Shown one piece after another: positions 12,579-24,567 of a stretch of 58,583 nt of DNA. Source of the DNA: Gnetum montanum (Eukaryota > Plantae > Gnetophyta); contig MNCI01002245.1 in NCBI GenBank assembly GCA_015680685.1, positions 33,803 to 92,385 on the forward strand. Direction: 5' to 3'. The position numbers and the translations under genes were made by a program. Below the pieces are notes generated by a model. It searched no databases. It was not told where the DNA came from and was given only the letters and a program-made list of their open reading frames with translations. Within the stretch, counting starts at the first letter, position 1. Every line of letters begins with the position of its first letter.

Positions 12579-13084
12579 TGTGTGTATTAGTCTGTAAGGT
12601 TGTCTCTTCTTGTATGTTCAGCAGTTTCTCTTAATGAATTCCCTTCTATTGTGGATCAATTGGAATTTCATTATATTTTGCTTTGGAGTATTGCTCTATG
12701 TTTGTCTTATCTTAATTGCTGCTTATCTAAGATTCTGTCATTAATCATCCTCTGGAAGCACTGTGGCTTTCTTGGCACTGTCTCTTGATTATGTGTGCCA
12801 TATGCTAATGCTCCATTTTCAAATGTCATGATTTTGTTATTTTTTTCAACCCTTTTAACAGCCTGGTTGGAAGGTAGCTCCTTTGTCTAATGAACTCCCT
12901 GAAAGAAAGCGCCGATTGAGAGGAGTGTGCTCTATAAGGTTGAATTTTGACAAGACGTTGTGTGAGGCAGTTAGCCATGGATTCAGAAGAAACAAGTTGA
13001 AGCAAAGGGATCCTGTGGTTCGATGATTTACATACGTTTCATGCTAAGCTAGACCAGTCCTTGATGGCCCTGAGCAATCGTCAC
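12579..13084 (+). repeat. Viral leader region, which is also the right inverted repeat
   Basis: Starts about 50 nt after the TATA box. Reverse complement of 5452-5951. Confidence 0.95.
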
Positions 13085-13656
13085 TGTAGATTTTTGTTTT
13101 GACCTCTTTCACTAAAGTTAAGGAGAGGAGTTTTGCTAAATGGAAAAATCCCAGAGAAGGGTTCTCCACCATCTTTTTGGTAATAGGTATGGGGAATCAT
13201 TGAACCATGTTCCCTTTGCATATTCATAGTGCTACTCTAGCTATCAATCACTTAGACATAGTGCATCAGTGAGATAGCAATCCGTAGCATCACTATCCTA
13301 CACAATGTACTCAACATAAAGTCCTTAGAGGTAATCACATACGAGTTTGTTGGAGCATCATAGGAATGGATCAATCAGGAGGAAAAATGATGTTGCCCTC
13401 CATGTCATGCCACCACATTAGTTCATATTGGTGTAAGATGAAGATAAAATTAGGTACATACTCATCAAGATGATCATATGCCACTCTATATTATTAGGGA
13501 ACCCACTGATTTACTCTGTCAAACTTGGGTGAAGAATCACTCCTATGAGAAGAAGACATTTTGTTATTTTAATGGATGATATTACTTTAAGGTTCATTCC
13601 AATGATCTTGAATAATTTTCACTAAATCCTAGATAGCACACGTAATAAACAAAAGG
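13085..13656 (-). pseudogene. Athila-like element A: 5' part of gag and 5' UTR
   Basis: Minus-strand ATG at 13559 (MSSSHRSDSSP). Colinear with the gag at 19838-20350 and continues into 5451 across the virus. Confidence 0.8.
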
Positions 13657-13674
13657 TCCCTAGCAATGGCACTA
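13657..13674 (-). promoter_or_regulatory. Degenerate tRNA-Asp PBS of Athila A
   Basis: TCCCTAGCAATGGCACTA is a deaminated TCCCCGGCAACGGCGCCA. Confidence 0.8.
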
Positions 13675-13675
13675 A

Positions 13676-14557
13676 TGATGAGTGGCGAGGTACCCCTACA
13701 TCCAACCATACAAATCATAAGCATTTATGCATGATCTAGTCAAATTTCACAAACCTTAAGTTCCTAAGTACACTGGTTCTAGGACGTGGAATCTAATCAT
13801 GACAATTGTTGTCTTCTCAACTATACTTGTGAAGCATAATTGTATGGTTAAGTATAACTGAGGTACATGATTTTTATTATTTTATATTTTACTTGTCTAT
13901 GATTAAAAAAAAAGTTTAAACTTAATTTATGAACCAATTTCACTAATCTAATTGCTAATTAATAGCTTACTATCCTAGCATAAGTATCTAGTCCTACTTT
14001 CTATGCACATCTTGAACACATATAATGCTATTGGGTTACCAAACGTTAAGCATTGTTGGAATCACCAATAGTCATACGCATGTTCAAAGTATTCATACTT
14101 ATGTACTTAATTAATTTCTATTTAATTTAACTAACTTACTTTAGCTTAATTACTTGGGAGCATTAAAAATTGCATAAACATTAAATGCATGAATAAAATA
14201 TTTAAGCTAGCCAAGGTGCTGCAAGGTTTGATCAGAAAGCTTATCTTTACTGCCACACACATTGTCATGATTAGGTACAATAATGTTCAAATAAAGATCC
14301 ATATACTCAATGAATCTTACTATAGGCACTTTGGAAAATATTCTAACTCTAGAGAAAAGAAACTGCAAGAGCTCTACTATGCTATGAAAGAAATTATATG
14401 AAAACAATGTGTCCAAGTGCTATATTTATAGGTTGGCACATAGCCTATGATATCGAATATCTGACATTACATCTAGAGACCCAATATCTTGTATCTAATA
14501 TCAAGGATCTAATATTGTGTATCCAATATCACAGCCAGGAAAAACACTATTTATGAT
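13676..14557 (-). mobile_element. 5' LTR of Athila A
   Basis: Starts TGATGAGT on + like 24568 and 56198. Minus-strand TATA at 14421-14432. Outer end is approximate. Confidence 0.8.
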
Positions 14558-17500
14558 CAACTATAACATTTTCCATACCCTTCTTGTTCATCATTGTTAT
14601 GTCAAATTCTTGTAAGATAATGAGCCATCTAATCACATAGGGGATGATTGCATGTTTTTTTATAAGGAAACAAATGGCTTTGTGGTTAGTGTGGATGTAG
14701 ATTGGGTACTCGGCCACATAATGTCTAAACTTTTCCATTACATACACCATTGCCATTAGCTTATTTTCTATTGTGATGTAGTAAAGTTATGTCATGATGA
14801 TGCTTTTGCTAGTACAATGAATGTAGTATGGCCTCTTCTGGTCATCTAACTATGTTAGAACCATGCCCAATAAGTAATTCAAAGCATCTATCATGATGTG
14901 AAATGGCTTGGACCAATTCAAAGCTTGTAGGATTTGTGTTTCAATCAGCATCTGTTTCAAGGTTTCAATAGCCTTTTCACATGACTAAAATCACTAAAAG
15001 AATGCATCCTTCTTAGTCAATTCAACTAGTGGTTTTGCAATCCTTGAGAAGTTATCTATGAACCTTTTATAATACCTAATGTGGTCCAAAAATAATCAAA
15101 ATTAATTAACAATTTGTTGTCTTTGGGTGATATTTTTTATGACTATGATTTTTTCATAATCCACTTCTATTCCTTAATAGAAAATTTTGTGCCCTAAGAC
15201 AATCCCATCTTGGACCATAAGATGGATTTTTTGCCAATTGAGCTTTAGATTAGTTTCTACACATCTCTTTCATACCTACTCGAGGTGGTCTAGTGCTTGT
15301 TTAAAATCTAGACTATGCATGGAAAATTCAATCATAAATACTTTAACACCATTTCTTATTTGTTTCTAGAATATGTGAAGTACAAGTCTATGAAAGGTGG
15401 CTGGCACATTGCAAAGGCTAAAAGGAATTTTCTTATAAGCAAGAATTCCCCATAAACTAGTGAATGTCATATTCTCTTGGTCCTTAGGCATGATGTAGAT
15501 TTGATTATATCTATTGTATTTGTCTAGAAAACTATAGTACTCATGTCTTGCAATAGTATCTAGGACTTTATAAATGAATTACAAGGAAAAATGATCCTTG
15601 AATGTGGTAGAATTCAACAATCAGAAGTCGTTGCACACTCACCACTTGCCTCCCTTCTTTAGAATGATTACCAAATGACTACCCCACTCACTATCTGCAA
15701 TGAAATATATGAATTTGGCCTTTAATAATTTTTCCAAATCCTACTTGATTACTTTCTTAAGTTTTGGGTTAAGCCTCCTCTACAATTAGCATCATGGTCT
15801 TACTATTAGATAAATATATATTTGATGTTGATAATTCTTGGATCAATTCCTATGATCTCATCATATGACCACGCAAATGTTATTGGCCACTTATTGATTA
15901 CTTCCAACAAATTCTTCTTCTACTCTTTATCTAGGTTGGTGTTAATTATTATTGGCTTCTAATTATTTAGGAATGCATATTCAAGTGCTGCCATTAAGGC
16001 CTTTAGTTCTAGTGGTTCTGGTTCAATCTTATTTGGGATCTCTAATTGTCCAAATTCTATTTCCTCTTCTTAACCTTAATATGAGTAAGGAAATCTTCTT
16101 CTTAGTTGTTCTATCTTATAAGCTTCTTTATGTACGCATTTATTATTTGTTTCATTGGTTCCATGTATATATTTGATTTGATTTTCCTATCTATAATCAG
16201 CCACTAGATGCCTTCTTGTTGGGTGGCTACTACATACAAGAACTTTGCACATACATTTCTTTGATACATTTGTTGCATGTTGTATTCTCTTCCTATCTGA
16301 TTGTTCATATCGTTTGCACATAACTACACCCATTATCATTGTATGGAATACATGAAACATTTCATATCTAAATGATTCTTACTTCATCTTCCTTTCAAAT
16401 TTCCAAGGACAAATCTTGAATACTAAGCTTAGCATCAACAATGCTAAGCCAAGCCCTTCCCATTATGATTGGGAACTCTCCCTTATTTTTACCTACATGA
16501 ATAGCTAGAAAATTAGTAGGGTAGTACTAGCCACAAATGGTGGTGATCACATCATCCACTTATCCTAGTGGAATTATGATTGATTGGTCTATAAGCTCTA
16601 GCCAAATATTACTTTTCTTGAATGGTAGTAGATTCCAAGCCTAATACATATGTTGTAATATCAGGTTCACTCTTGACCACAAATTGAGTAGAGCCTTACA
16701 AGGTTTTTGCCTTGCTACTTGAAGGTACACCAAGGAACTTTCTAGATCTATTCAATTCTTAGGAAGTGCTCCTACCTTAATCCAATGAGTGATTATTTAT
16801 GTTAGCATGAAAGTTGTTACATTTGTATTAGATGTTGATTGAAGCTTGCTATTTCTAGGAGAATTGGATGTGGATGGAGTGGAAGTAGATGTGTTCCCCA
16901 TTCATTGAACCTTCTCTAGACTCATTCAGAAGAATAGTCATTTCATGCATTGTGGTTCCTATATAACTATCTCCTCCTGCATGGTCATAGTCCTAGTTGT
17001 GTTTTTCTATTGTGGTTGTGATAATAGTTGTCCCTACATTATAGGTGGTGGCATAGGTGGCAAAGTATTAGAAGTTTGATTTAGTGAAATAGCTACTTGT
17101 GGATGCATGTACAGAGAAGGTGTTGGTCTATGGTATTTTTGTGGATAATATTGTGAATTTTTAACTATTACATTCCCAAGAGAAATCGAACACTGGACAT
17201 AGTATCCATAAGGGTTAGGTTGCTGATATGAATACTACTATTGTAGTGGTGGCATTGACCACAATTGTGGTTGGTAACACTACTGATGATATTGCTCCTA
17301 TGGCTACAGATAGGTTCCACTAGGGTAGTAAGCTAGTTGGAAGGTTTGAAGATAATTACCTTGAGGATAAGGTAACTGTTTGGGCATTTTCCTCTTGAAA
17401 AATCTTGGGTTCAATGCATATGCCCCTATTTCTTGCAAATGTATCATAACAGGACAACACTCCTTAGGGTAGTCATACTAGCACACAGAACATCCTTCCT

Positions 17501-18590
17501 CTTCATTTGAGCTTATACCTAAATAGTCTTCCATTGAAGTTACCTTTCCTTTTTATCCAAAGTCCCATTTCTTCTTCTTTTCCTTGCCTTTACTAAAGGC
17601 TTTCTCAGTTGTTTCCTTCACAATTTTTAGAGTTATTGTAAATTTTTCATCTACCAAATCCTACATCTTTTCTACCTTTGCTACTATATCTATGATATAT
17701 TTTTAAATAGGTAGAGTTTTCTTTTGGATTACCTCGTCCAAGGTTTCTTCCTCCAATTGATCACACATTTGTACATTCCTTTTCCTAATGATTAGATCTC
17801 TACTGTACTCCTTAGCTAATCCTCTTTTCTTTAACTCATCTTCTTCCTTCGCCACTTGGTTAATAAGTCTTTAAATTTGATGCGCATTCATTTCTAATAA
17901 CCTATCTTAGGTATAAATCCCAAGGGTTCCCCTATTTTTGTTGTGTAGCCCATCAAAAATGTGCCTAAGTTGCTTTCTTTGAGAAAATTCATGGCTTGGG
18001 CACCTATGTAGAAGTGAATAGTATCTACCCATTGCCACATTAAGGGATTCATGGGTTCCTTGCTTCCATCCCTAGATTTTTTTCATTTGACACCCAAGAG
18101 TAGGTTTGATACTTGTCATTAAAAAGTTCAAGCATGGTACTCCATTTCCTAATTGATTCCAATTCCAATGACCTGTACTAGCTTTTAGCCTCTTTGACAA
18201 GTGTTTGAAGGAACAACTTAAGTTTCTACTAATCACTTTCTATGTTATGTAGGATGCATGCATCATGGAATGATTGAAGGTGGTGTTGTGGATCTATGTT
18301 GTATCCACCCTCAAATCTAGGCATGTTGTTCATGTTTAGACACTTGATATGGTTGTCTCTTATGTACCTAGTTGGAATATAAATAGCTTCCCATATATTT
18401 ATCATGTTCCCAAGTGCCAATAGGGGCTCTTTGCATTCATAGGATTCATATGCTCTATTGTAGTAGTGCCCCCATTAATGTTCATACATCTCTCTTTTGT
18501 TATGTCTATCTCTGTTTTGTCATGGCTCATACTCCTCATCTTCCTCATCATATTGCCTTGGATGATAGTCATTTCATTCATGAGCTCGCT
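14550..18590 (-). pseudogene. Athila-like element C: gag-PR-RT-RH fragment
   Basis: MPRFEGGYN..PQHHLQSFHDAC (Gag), IIMGRAWL (PR), KKGGKW...DHF (RT), AMVYVMEKFRHY...RWLIILQEFD...ENVIVDH (RH). Confidence 0.85.
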
Positions 18591-18910
18591 ACCTTTTCTT
18601 ATTGATGAGAGCAGTTACTCTAGTAGTTATTCTNTGCTACCTTTTCTTATTGATGAGAGCAGTTACTCTAGTAGTTATTCTAATTATTAGATCAGTTACT
18701 CTAGTGGTTACTCTAGTAGTTATTCTAATTATTAGAGCGGTTACTCTAGCAGTTACTCTAACTATTAGAGTAATTACTCTAGTAGTTACTCTAGCAGTTA
18801 CTCTAATTATTAAAGTGGTTACTCTAGTAGTTATTCTAATTATTAGAGTGTTTACTCTAGTGGGTACTTTAGTAATTATTCTAATTATTAGAGAGCTTAC
18901 TCTAAGTATT
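18588..18910. repeat. Low-complexity tandem array (AGTTACTCTAGT / TTATTCTAATTATTAG) containing an assembly N at 18634
   Basis: Directly visible. About 46 bp is duplicated on both sides of the N. Confidence 0.9.
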
Positions 18911-19701
18911 AGAGTAGTTGCTCCCAAGCCTATAAATACAATGCCTATGTGCACAACTGAAAAAAAAGTCTTTTAGCAATTAAGTAGCCAAACTCTTGTA
19001 GTCTATTTAAAAGTTAGAGTATTTTCCAAGTGCCCATAGTAGGAGGTCTAAGTGTGGATGGATCTTTATTTGATCATTGTGTACCTGAGCACACCTTGTG
19101 TACAGCAATAAAGACAAGTTCTTTGATTCATTCTTGCAGCACTTGAGATTTGTTTTCTTATGCATTTATTTTATTCTATTTTCTTATGCATTTACTTTAT
19201 TCTATTTTATTTTATGCACTTTACATTTTTGTTATTAGCACAACAATTCATTTTTATCAATTAAGAAAATCATTAAATTACACAAGCATAACCACTTCGA
19301 GCATGCGTGTAATGCTTGGTAACCCAGTAATTATTAGCATTTGCTAATCCCAGCAATGTTGCACTAGTTTAGGATGTGTACGGTAAGTGGGAACTGATTC
19401 TAGTGTTAGGATTAGTTAGAACTTAGTTAATGAGTAGTTAAGTTAAATTAGTCACTTAGTTACCTCTCTCCTTCCCTACTAATGTAGGACATAAAAATAT
19501 AAAAGCTATAAAAATCATATGCCTTAAGATTACTAAACCATACAATCATGATATATAGGTAAGCTTGGGAAGATAATGATCAACCAACCCATCCTTATTG
19601 TAGAATGGGGCATAAGCACTTAGTCCTTGAAATTCCACCGGATCATGCATAAAATGCTCGTATTCGTATGGCTGAGCATAGCGGGATCTTGCTACTCATC
19701 A
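18910..19701 (+). mobile_element. LTR of Athila-like element D (5' boundary unresolved)
   Basis: TATA CCTATAAATA at ~18929. Ends TACTCATCA, the reverse complement of the family LTR terminus. Confidence 0.8.
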
Positions 19702-19702
19702 T

Positions 19703-19720
19703 TGGCATCGTTGTCGTTGA
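19703..19720 (+). promoter_or_regulatory. Degenerate tRNA-Asp PBS of Athila D
   Basis: TGGCATCGTTGTCGTTGA compared with TGGCGCCGTTGCCGGGGA, 1 nt after the LTR. Confidence 0.75.
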
Positions 19721-19837
19721 CTTAGTTGTTTGTGCGCTAACTAGAACATAGGAAATCATTCACATCATTGGAATGAATCCTTAGGATTGATTGAGAAAAT
19801 AATAAATAAGAATACATTACACACTGAATAGACAAGT

Positions 19838-21110
19838 ATGTCTCCTTCTTCATATGAAAGTAGCCTCACCACCTAGGTCTAAAATAGGAAATAGTCAACG
19901 ACGTAATACACATTACATTGATCCGCCAATCCCTCAACAAGTTTGAGTGGTATATATTCATTCTGATGAGTATATACCAGACTTCACCTTTATCCTTCAT
20001 CAAGATGAACGATTGCATTGGTGAGACTTAGAAGGTAACATAGTGATACATCCCAATCATTCAGTCCTAAGCATGTTTCTTGATGCTCTCACACGAATTG
20101 GCATGCCGCACTTACACGTAGAATATGTTGTGTAAGACCATGACTCAAGAGAATACCATCCCATAGAGGCATAACATCAAAGGGACTTGCAATAGGAGAG
20201 ACATCATAAGTCTTTGAATAGTAAGTGGTCCCAGGATGCCCCACATGTCTTAAGCAAAAATGAGGGTGGTGAACCTACCTCAGGTAGTTGCCCATACAAC
20301 AATGTTCCTCCCCTTAACTTTGGCCAAGGGGTCGTGTATCAGAACCTTCATTCCACTATTCATAACCCAGGTTTTGATACCCACGGGCACAAAGGGTCTG
20401 AAAAAGAGACACAAACTCATGATAAAGATGGACATTCTGATCGCAATCATGATCAAGGCCAAGATCGTAGAAGAGAAGGTAGCAGACATTGTCATGGTAA
20501 TGGTTCTCCTTCTTCTTTACCTTTATTATCATCTTCATCCTCTCCTTTAATATTCAAATGTGATCATAAAGAAAAAGACTATGGGGATAAAGGTAGGCAA
20601 AGTGGAAGTCATAGATGAAACAACTAGGAAAGGGGATGAGGGCACTCTAGAGAGTCATGACACAGAAGAAGGGAGAGTAGGGAACAACGTAGGCATCATA
20701 GATGCCATGGACGAGATAATAACGATGAACCCCTACTCGCTACTCGAAGTATGTTATACATAACTAAGGCTATTAGAATTCTATCAAGGCACCAAAAAAA
20801 TAGTAGGACCAAGAGATTAGATATGAACAATATCCCACGATTTAAAAGAGGATACAACACTAATCATCACAATCATTTACAAGCATTCCATGATGTGTGT
20901 GCCATAAAAAACATAGAGAACGAATGGAAAAAACTTAAGTTGTTCCCATGGATAGTATTTAAAGAAGTGAAAAGCTGGTACTGGTCCTTAGAACTAGAAT
21001 CTATTCATAGATGGAGTACTATGTTAGAATTATTCAACGATAAGTACCAAATGTACTCCTGAGTGTCCAACCTGCAAAAGCAAATCCAAGACTAGAAACT
21101 TACTAACTCT
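19838..21110 (+). pseudogene. gag: Athila D gag, 3'-truncated
   Basis: LDMNNIPRFKRGYN...HLQAFHDVC...KLKLFPW...KSWYWSL...FNDKY. Confidence 0.85.
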
Positions 21111-21299
21111 TGAATGAAATATTATTGGCCCAAGAATATCTGTAACACAAAATGTGGGTATAACATTAAAAATGAAAGTATTCAAAACATAATAAGTTCA
21201 AATTTACCTCTGATTCTTTTTCCTTTTATTTATCGCTCAACTCCTATCCTCTTAAATCTTACCCATTGGGTTGTTTCTAATGAAAATGAGAGATTACAT

Positions 21300-22450
21300 A
21301 TATATATAACAACAAGAATAAACTATCAAAAAAATTATGAAAAACATTGGAAATTGGCTTTGTTGCCTCTACCTCATTCCTCCTTGGACATACTTTTCTA
21401 GTACCTCCTGTTGATCCAATTTGTAGCCCAAATTTCACTAGCACATGAAGATCATGAAAAAAAATAATTGATAAACAAGAAAAAATAAATATAAAGAAAA
21501 TTTTATACCTCATTAGTTCCTTTTGAATTGTGAGCCTATTTGAGAGTTTTCTAGCCTTTCTTGGAACCTTTAATTTGAGCTCTCACAACTCTCTATTCCT
21601 CAAAGAATTCATGGTATGAACTAGGATTGTAATGATTAAAGCTATTATTTGAAACATCATAACATCATATTAGGATCATAATTAAGGATAAATAACATAT
21701 AGTATAAAGTTTCTTTGGATATCTCTTAGTAGTATTCATAAGTTCCATGACAAGATATAAATATGTCAAGCAAGAGAGGGACCAATCATACACCCTACCA
21801 TTTTTTGCATCATGGATAACGTAGATTGAGTAAAAAGTAGCATGGGAAGCTTGGGAATTCCACAAAATATTGATATATGTGAACAAAAATAATTGAAAAT
21901 CTATCCTATCAATCAAATCAACTTTGAAAAATTTCTTTTGAAGAAGCATGAAAGTACATACATAATAAAACATTTTCCTCTTAAAAAAGCCTTGAATTCA
22001 GTAGATTGTATGTTAGGTTTGAGAGTATATACCCTAATATGAAAGCCTAAGATCTTTTAGAGGATATTAGCTATAATCATAGCCCGTTCAAAGATTATTT
22101 TTTAATGAGTACTTCCACAAAGATAGTAAATGTTGCATCATTGAATTACCAAATATTTATTGTAAAGAGTTTGAAATATGGAACAACCTACAATTTTGAG
22201 AAACTAGAAGTTGTAAGATATTCAAAGCCCTCAAATTATACCAAACTATGAATTAAATTAGTAGCTTCAACTATATTATTTTGATATAAAATAATGGAAA
22301 CAAAACCTACATTGCCTATGATTGTAGGAGAAGCCTAATAAAAATGATTAAGAGGAGTCATATTACAAAATCTGCTACACCAAACAATTGTTACAAATAT
22401 GCTATGAAAAAGATTGATTTGATGATGATGTGTTAAAAGATCCCTATTCC
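21300..22450 (-). pseudogene. Plant mobile domain (PMD, aminotransferase-like) gene remnant, apparently spliced
   Basis: MMQHLLSLW...LNGL...ILG and YDWSLSCLTYLY motifs. Candidate GT-AG intron near 21438-21508 on the minus strand. Confidence 0.55.
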
Positions 22451-23598
22451 CATGAATTTATAGAAAGGATCAAGAATTCTAATGATAGTTGGAAGGCCAA
22501 GTTATCTAGACAAATGTACAATTAAAGTTTAGTTAATAAAGTAAGTAATTTATTAATTAATTTTTTAATTTGATGATATATAAGATTAATAAACAAGAAA
22601 TATCTTGAGTTCAACACATAGTGCTCTACAAGATGATTCCAATGATACTAATTTTATTAAAATCTAATCCATGGTTTGTGAAATATTATGTTTCTCCATA
22701 AGAATGTTGTTAATTAAAATTAAAAAAAGAGTACTTTAGAAAATTAAAGTTAAAATTTATTTTAATTATTTTTGCTTTTGAAAAATTAAAAATAAAAATT
22801 AAACACAAGATCTCTATCTTATCAATTCCAAATCTTAACCATTTATATGTTGACCACAATAGCAAACCCTTCTAGTTGTAGACATAAGCATATGTATACA
22901 AATTTATATTTTAAAAATTCTCAACAAAAAAATTGTCCTACCTTAGGGTTAGGACAAGGTAGCACCTACTAGCTGCTACCTTGGCTAGGTGTGCTACTAC
23001 CTAACTAGGTCATAGGGCCCAACCACACTTCATTGTAATAAGATTGGCCATAGCATTGACTCATCATGATGCAACATGGTAGGCTTGCTAGCCATAATAA
23101 CTAGTCATGCCATATGGTGGTTGACTAGACTACAAGATTGGCCTACCAGCCAAATGGTAAGGTAAACCTAATGATCTTCATTTTGCTCCATGTAATGTCC
23201 TTTCCCTTGCCACTGCTTCATGTCACCCTCACATTGTTGCTACTCCATATCATCCTCCATGCATGTCATTGTCCCATGCATCATTCACCTACCTTCTCTA
23301 TCACCTTCACTTTCCAATCTACTAAAATGGTTGGTAAATACTACCTTCTCTAACCATTATCGATATTGGATGATATTACCTCCACTACCTCCTCTAGCAA
23401 GCATCGACTCTAATGGAAACTATCTCCTTTGGTAGTTTTGACAACCAAAAATTTATTTGTCAAGTGATGGAAAATTCCAAAATTTACTAAATAATAGAAA
23501 ATTTTGAATTTAATATTTTGAACAGAAAAAATTTAAATACGAAAATGTAATAAATTTTACTAATTAGTCAAATTGAAAAATTGATAATAATTGGGATA

Positions 23599-23665
23599 AA
23601 AATTCTATAATTAAGCTTGCTCAAGTAAGAGTAGTAGTGGGATGGATGATCTCTTGGGATGTCCT
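23599..23665 (+). other. 5S rRNA-derived fragment (Pol III internal control region: A box, IE, C box)
   Basis: Ungapped 49/67 match to the plant 5S sequence I recall (AGAACTCCGCAGTTAAGCGTGC...GAGAGTAGTACTAGGATGGGTGACCTCCTGGGAAGTCCT). Mismatches are mostly C>T/G>A. Confidence 0.85.
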
Positions 23666-24277
23666 GAAAAGCATGAAATTTTTTTCCAACTTTAAATGAA
23701 CATAAATTTTAATTCTAGTGTCCAATATTAATAAAGAAATAGTCATTTCTAATAGATTTGGACCTTCTAGACATAAAAAAATAATTAGATTTAACCTATG
23801 AAAGCTTAAAAATTAGTTTTTTAAGTCAATATTTTTTCATTATAAAATATGAAAAAGCTTGATTTCGAGCCTAAAACTTGATTCTTTTTAATAAAATTAA
23901 ACTCTTTAAAATTAATTAAGTCTTGATGGAAGGATATATAGAGAGAAAATTCATTTCAAAGTAGTTATAACCCATTCTAGAACTAATTAACCATCCTAGA
24001 ACCCATAAAAAGGACCATCGAGGATGATGGATAATCACCCTACCTTTTCTCTTCATCCTATCATGTTTGGAACCCAAATGGTGCATTGGAGAATGATGGA
24101 GTCTCAAGTCAATGATTGTATAAATATTTTTAAATAACAAAGTAATAAAGTCAAAGGTATGCAAGAGGAGCTCTAATAGTTAAACCAAGAATTTAGGAAA
24201 AATATACAAGACATGTCAAACAATATTAGAAATTGTCCCATAATTCAAAAGTGAAATGGTCTAAAGTCTAGGAGAAG

Positions 24278-24567
24278 ATGGATTCTTTTGCAAACCCCAT
24301 TAAGCAATTAACTAACTATTTAACGTAGCCTCCCAACCAAAATCAACATCCACCTAGAGACCACAGTCAAAATCAACACCCATTTAGGGATCATAACCAA
24401 AATTGGCATCCACCTAGGGATTATTACAAGGATCAATTTCAATCCTAAGGTCAACACCAAGACCAATTTCCACATGGGGATTATTATCAAGGCTATTCCC
24501 CACCTATTCGTCATCAATGTGCTAATTTTCCATTATAAGGATATAGACTAGAACTAGAATGGGAAGA
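24278..24567 (+). pseudogene. Probable N-terminus of a chromovirus-like gag with 30-bp (10-aa) repeats, interrupted by Athila B
   Basis: NQNQHPPRDH-type repeats at 24335-24500. Gag-like coding resumes at 57059. Confidence 0.55.

Larger units (their letters stand above)
5452..13084 (+). mobile_element. Endogenous caulimovirid (plant pararetrovirus), near full-length and degenerate
   Basis: Ordered 30K movement protein, capsid with zinc knuckle, aspartic protease, RT and RNase H. No integrase or LTRs. Downstream ORF, TATA and leader follow. Confidence 0.95.

Noticed and set aside
12579-13084. Inverted repeats as a naturally evolved ribosomal-shunt RNA hairpin
   Set aside because: In ~160 hand-aligned nt the transition mismatches include many A-C as well as G-U pairs (about 12 versus 18) and cluster at former CpG/CHG sites. 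This fits decay of a once-perfect DNA repeat better than a selected RNA stem.
5452-13084. DIRS or DNA-transposon interpretation of the inverted repeats
   Set aside because: No tyrosine recombinase or transposase and no TSD. The movement protein and RT motifs are caulimovirid.
18602-18976. 124-aa and 105-aa repetitive ORFs on both strands
   Set aside because: They are by-products of a simple tandem repeat spanning an N, not genes.
23599-23665. Functional 5S rRNA gene
   Set aside because: The 5' and 3' ends and the oligo-T terminator are missing, it is a single copy, and it is heavily deaminated.
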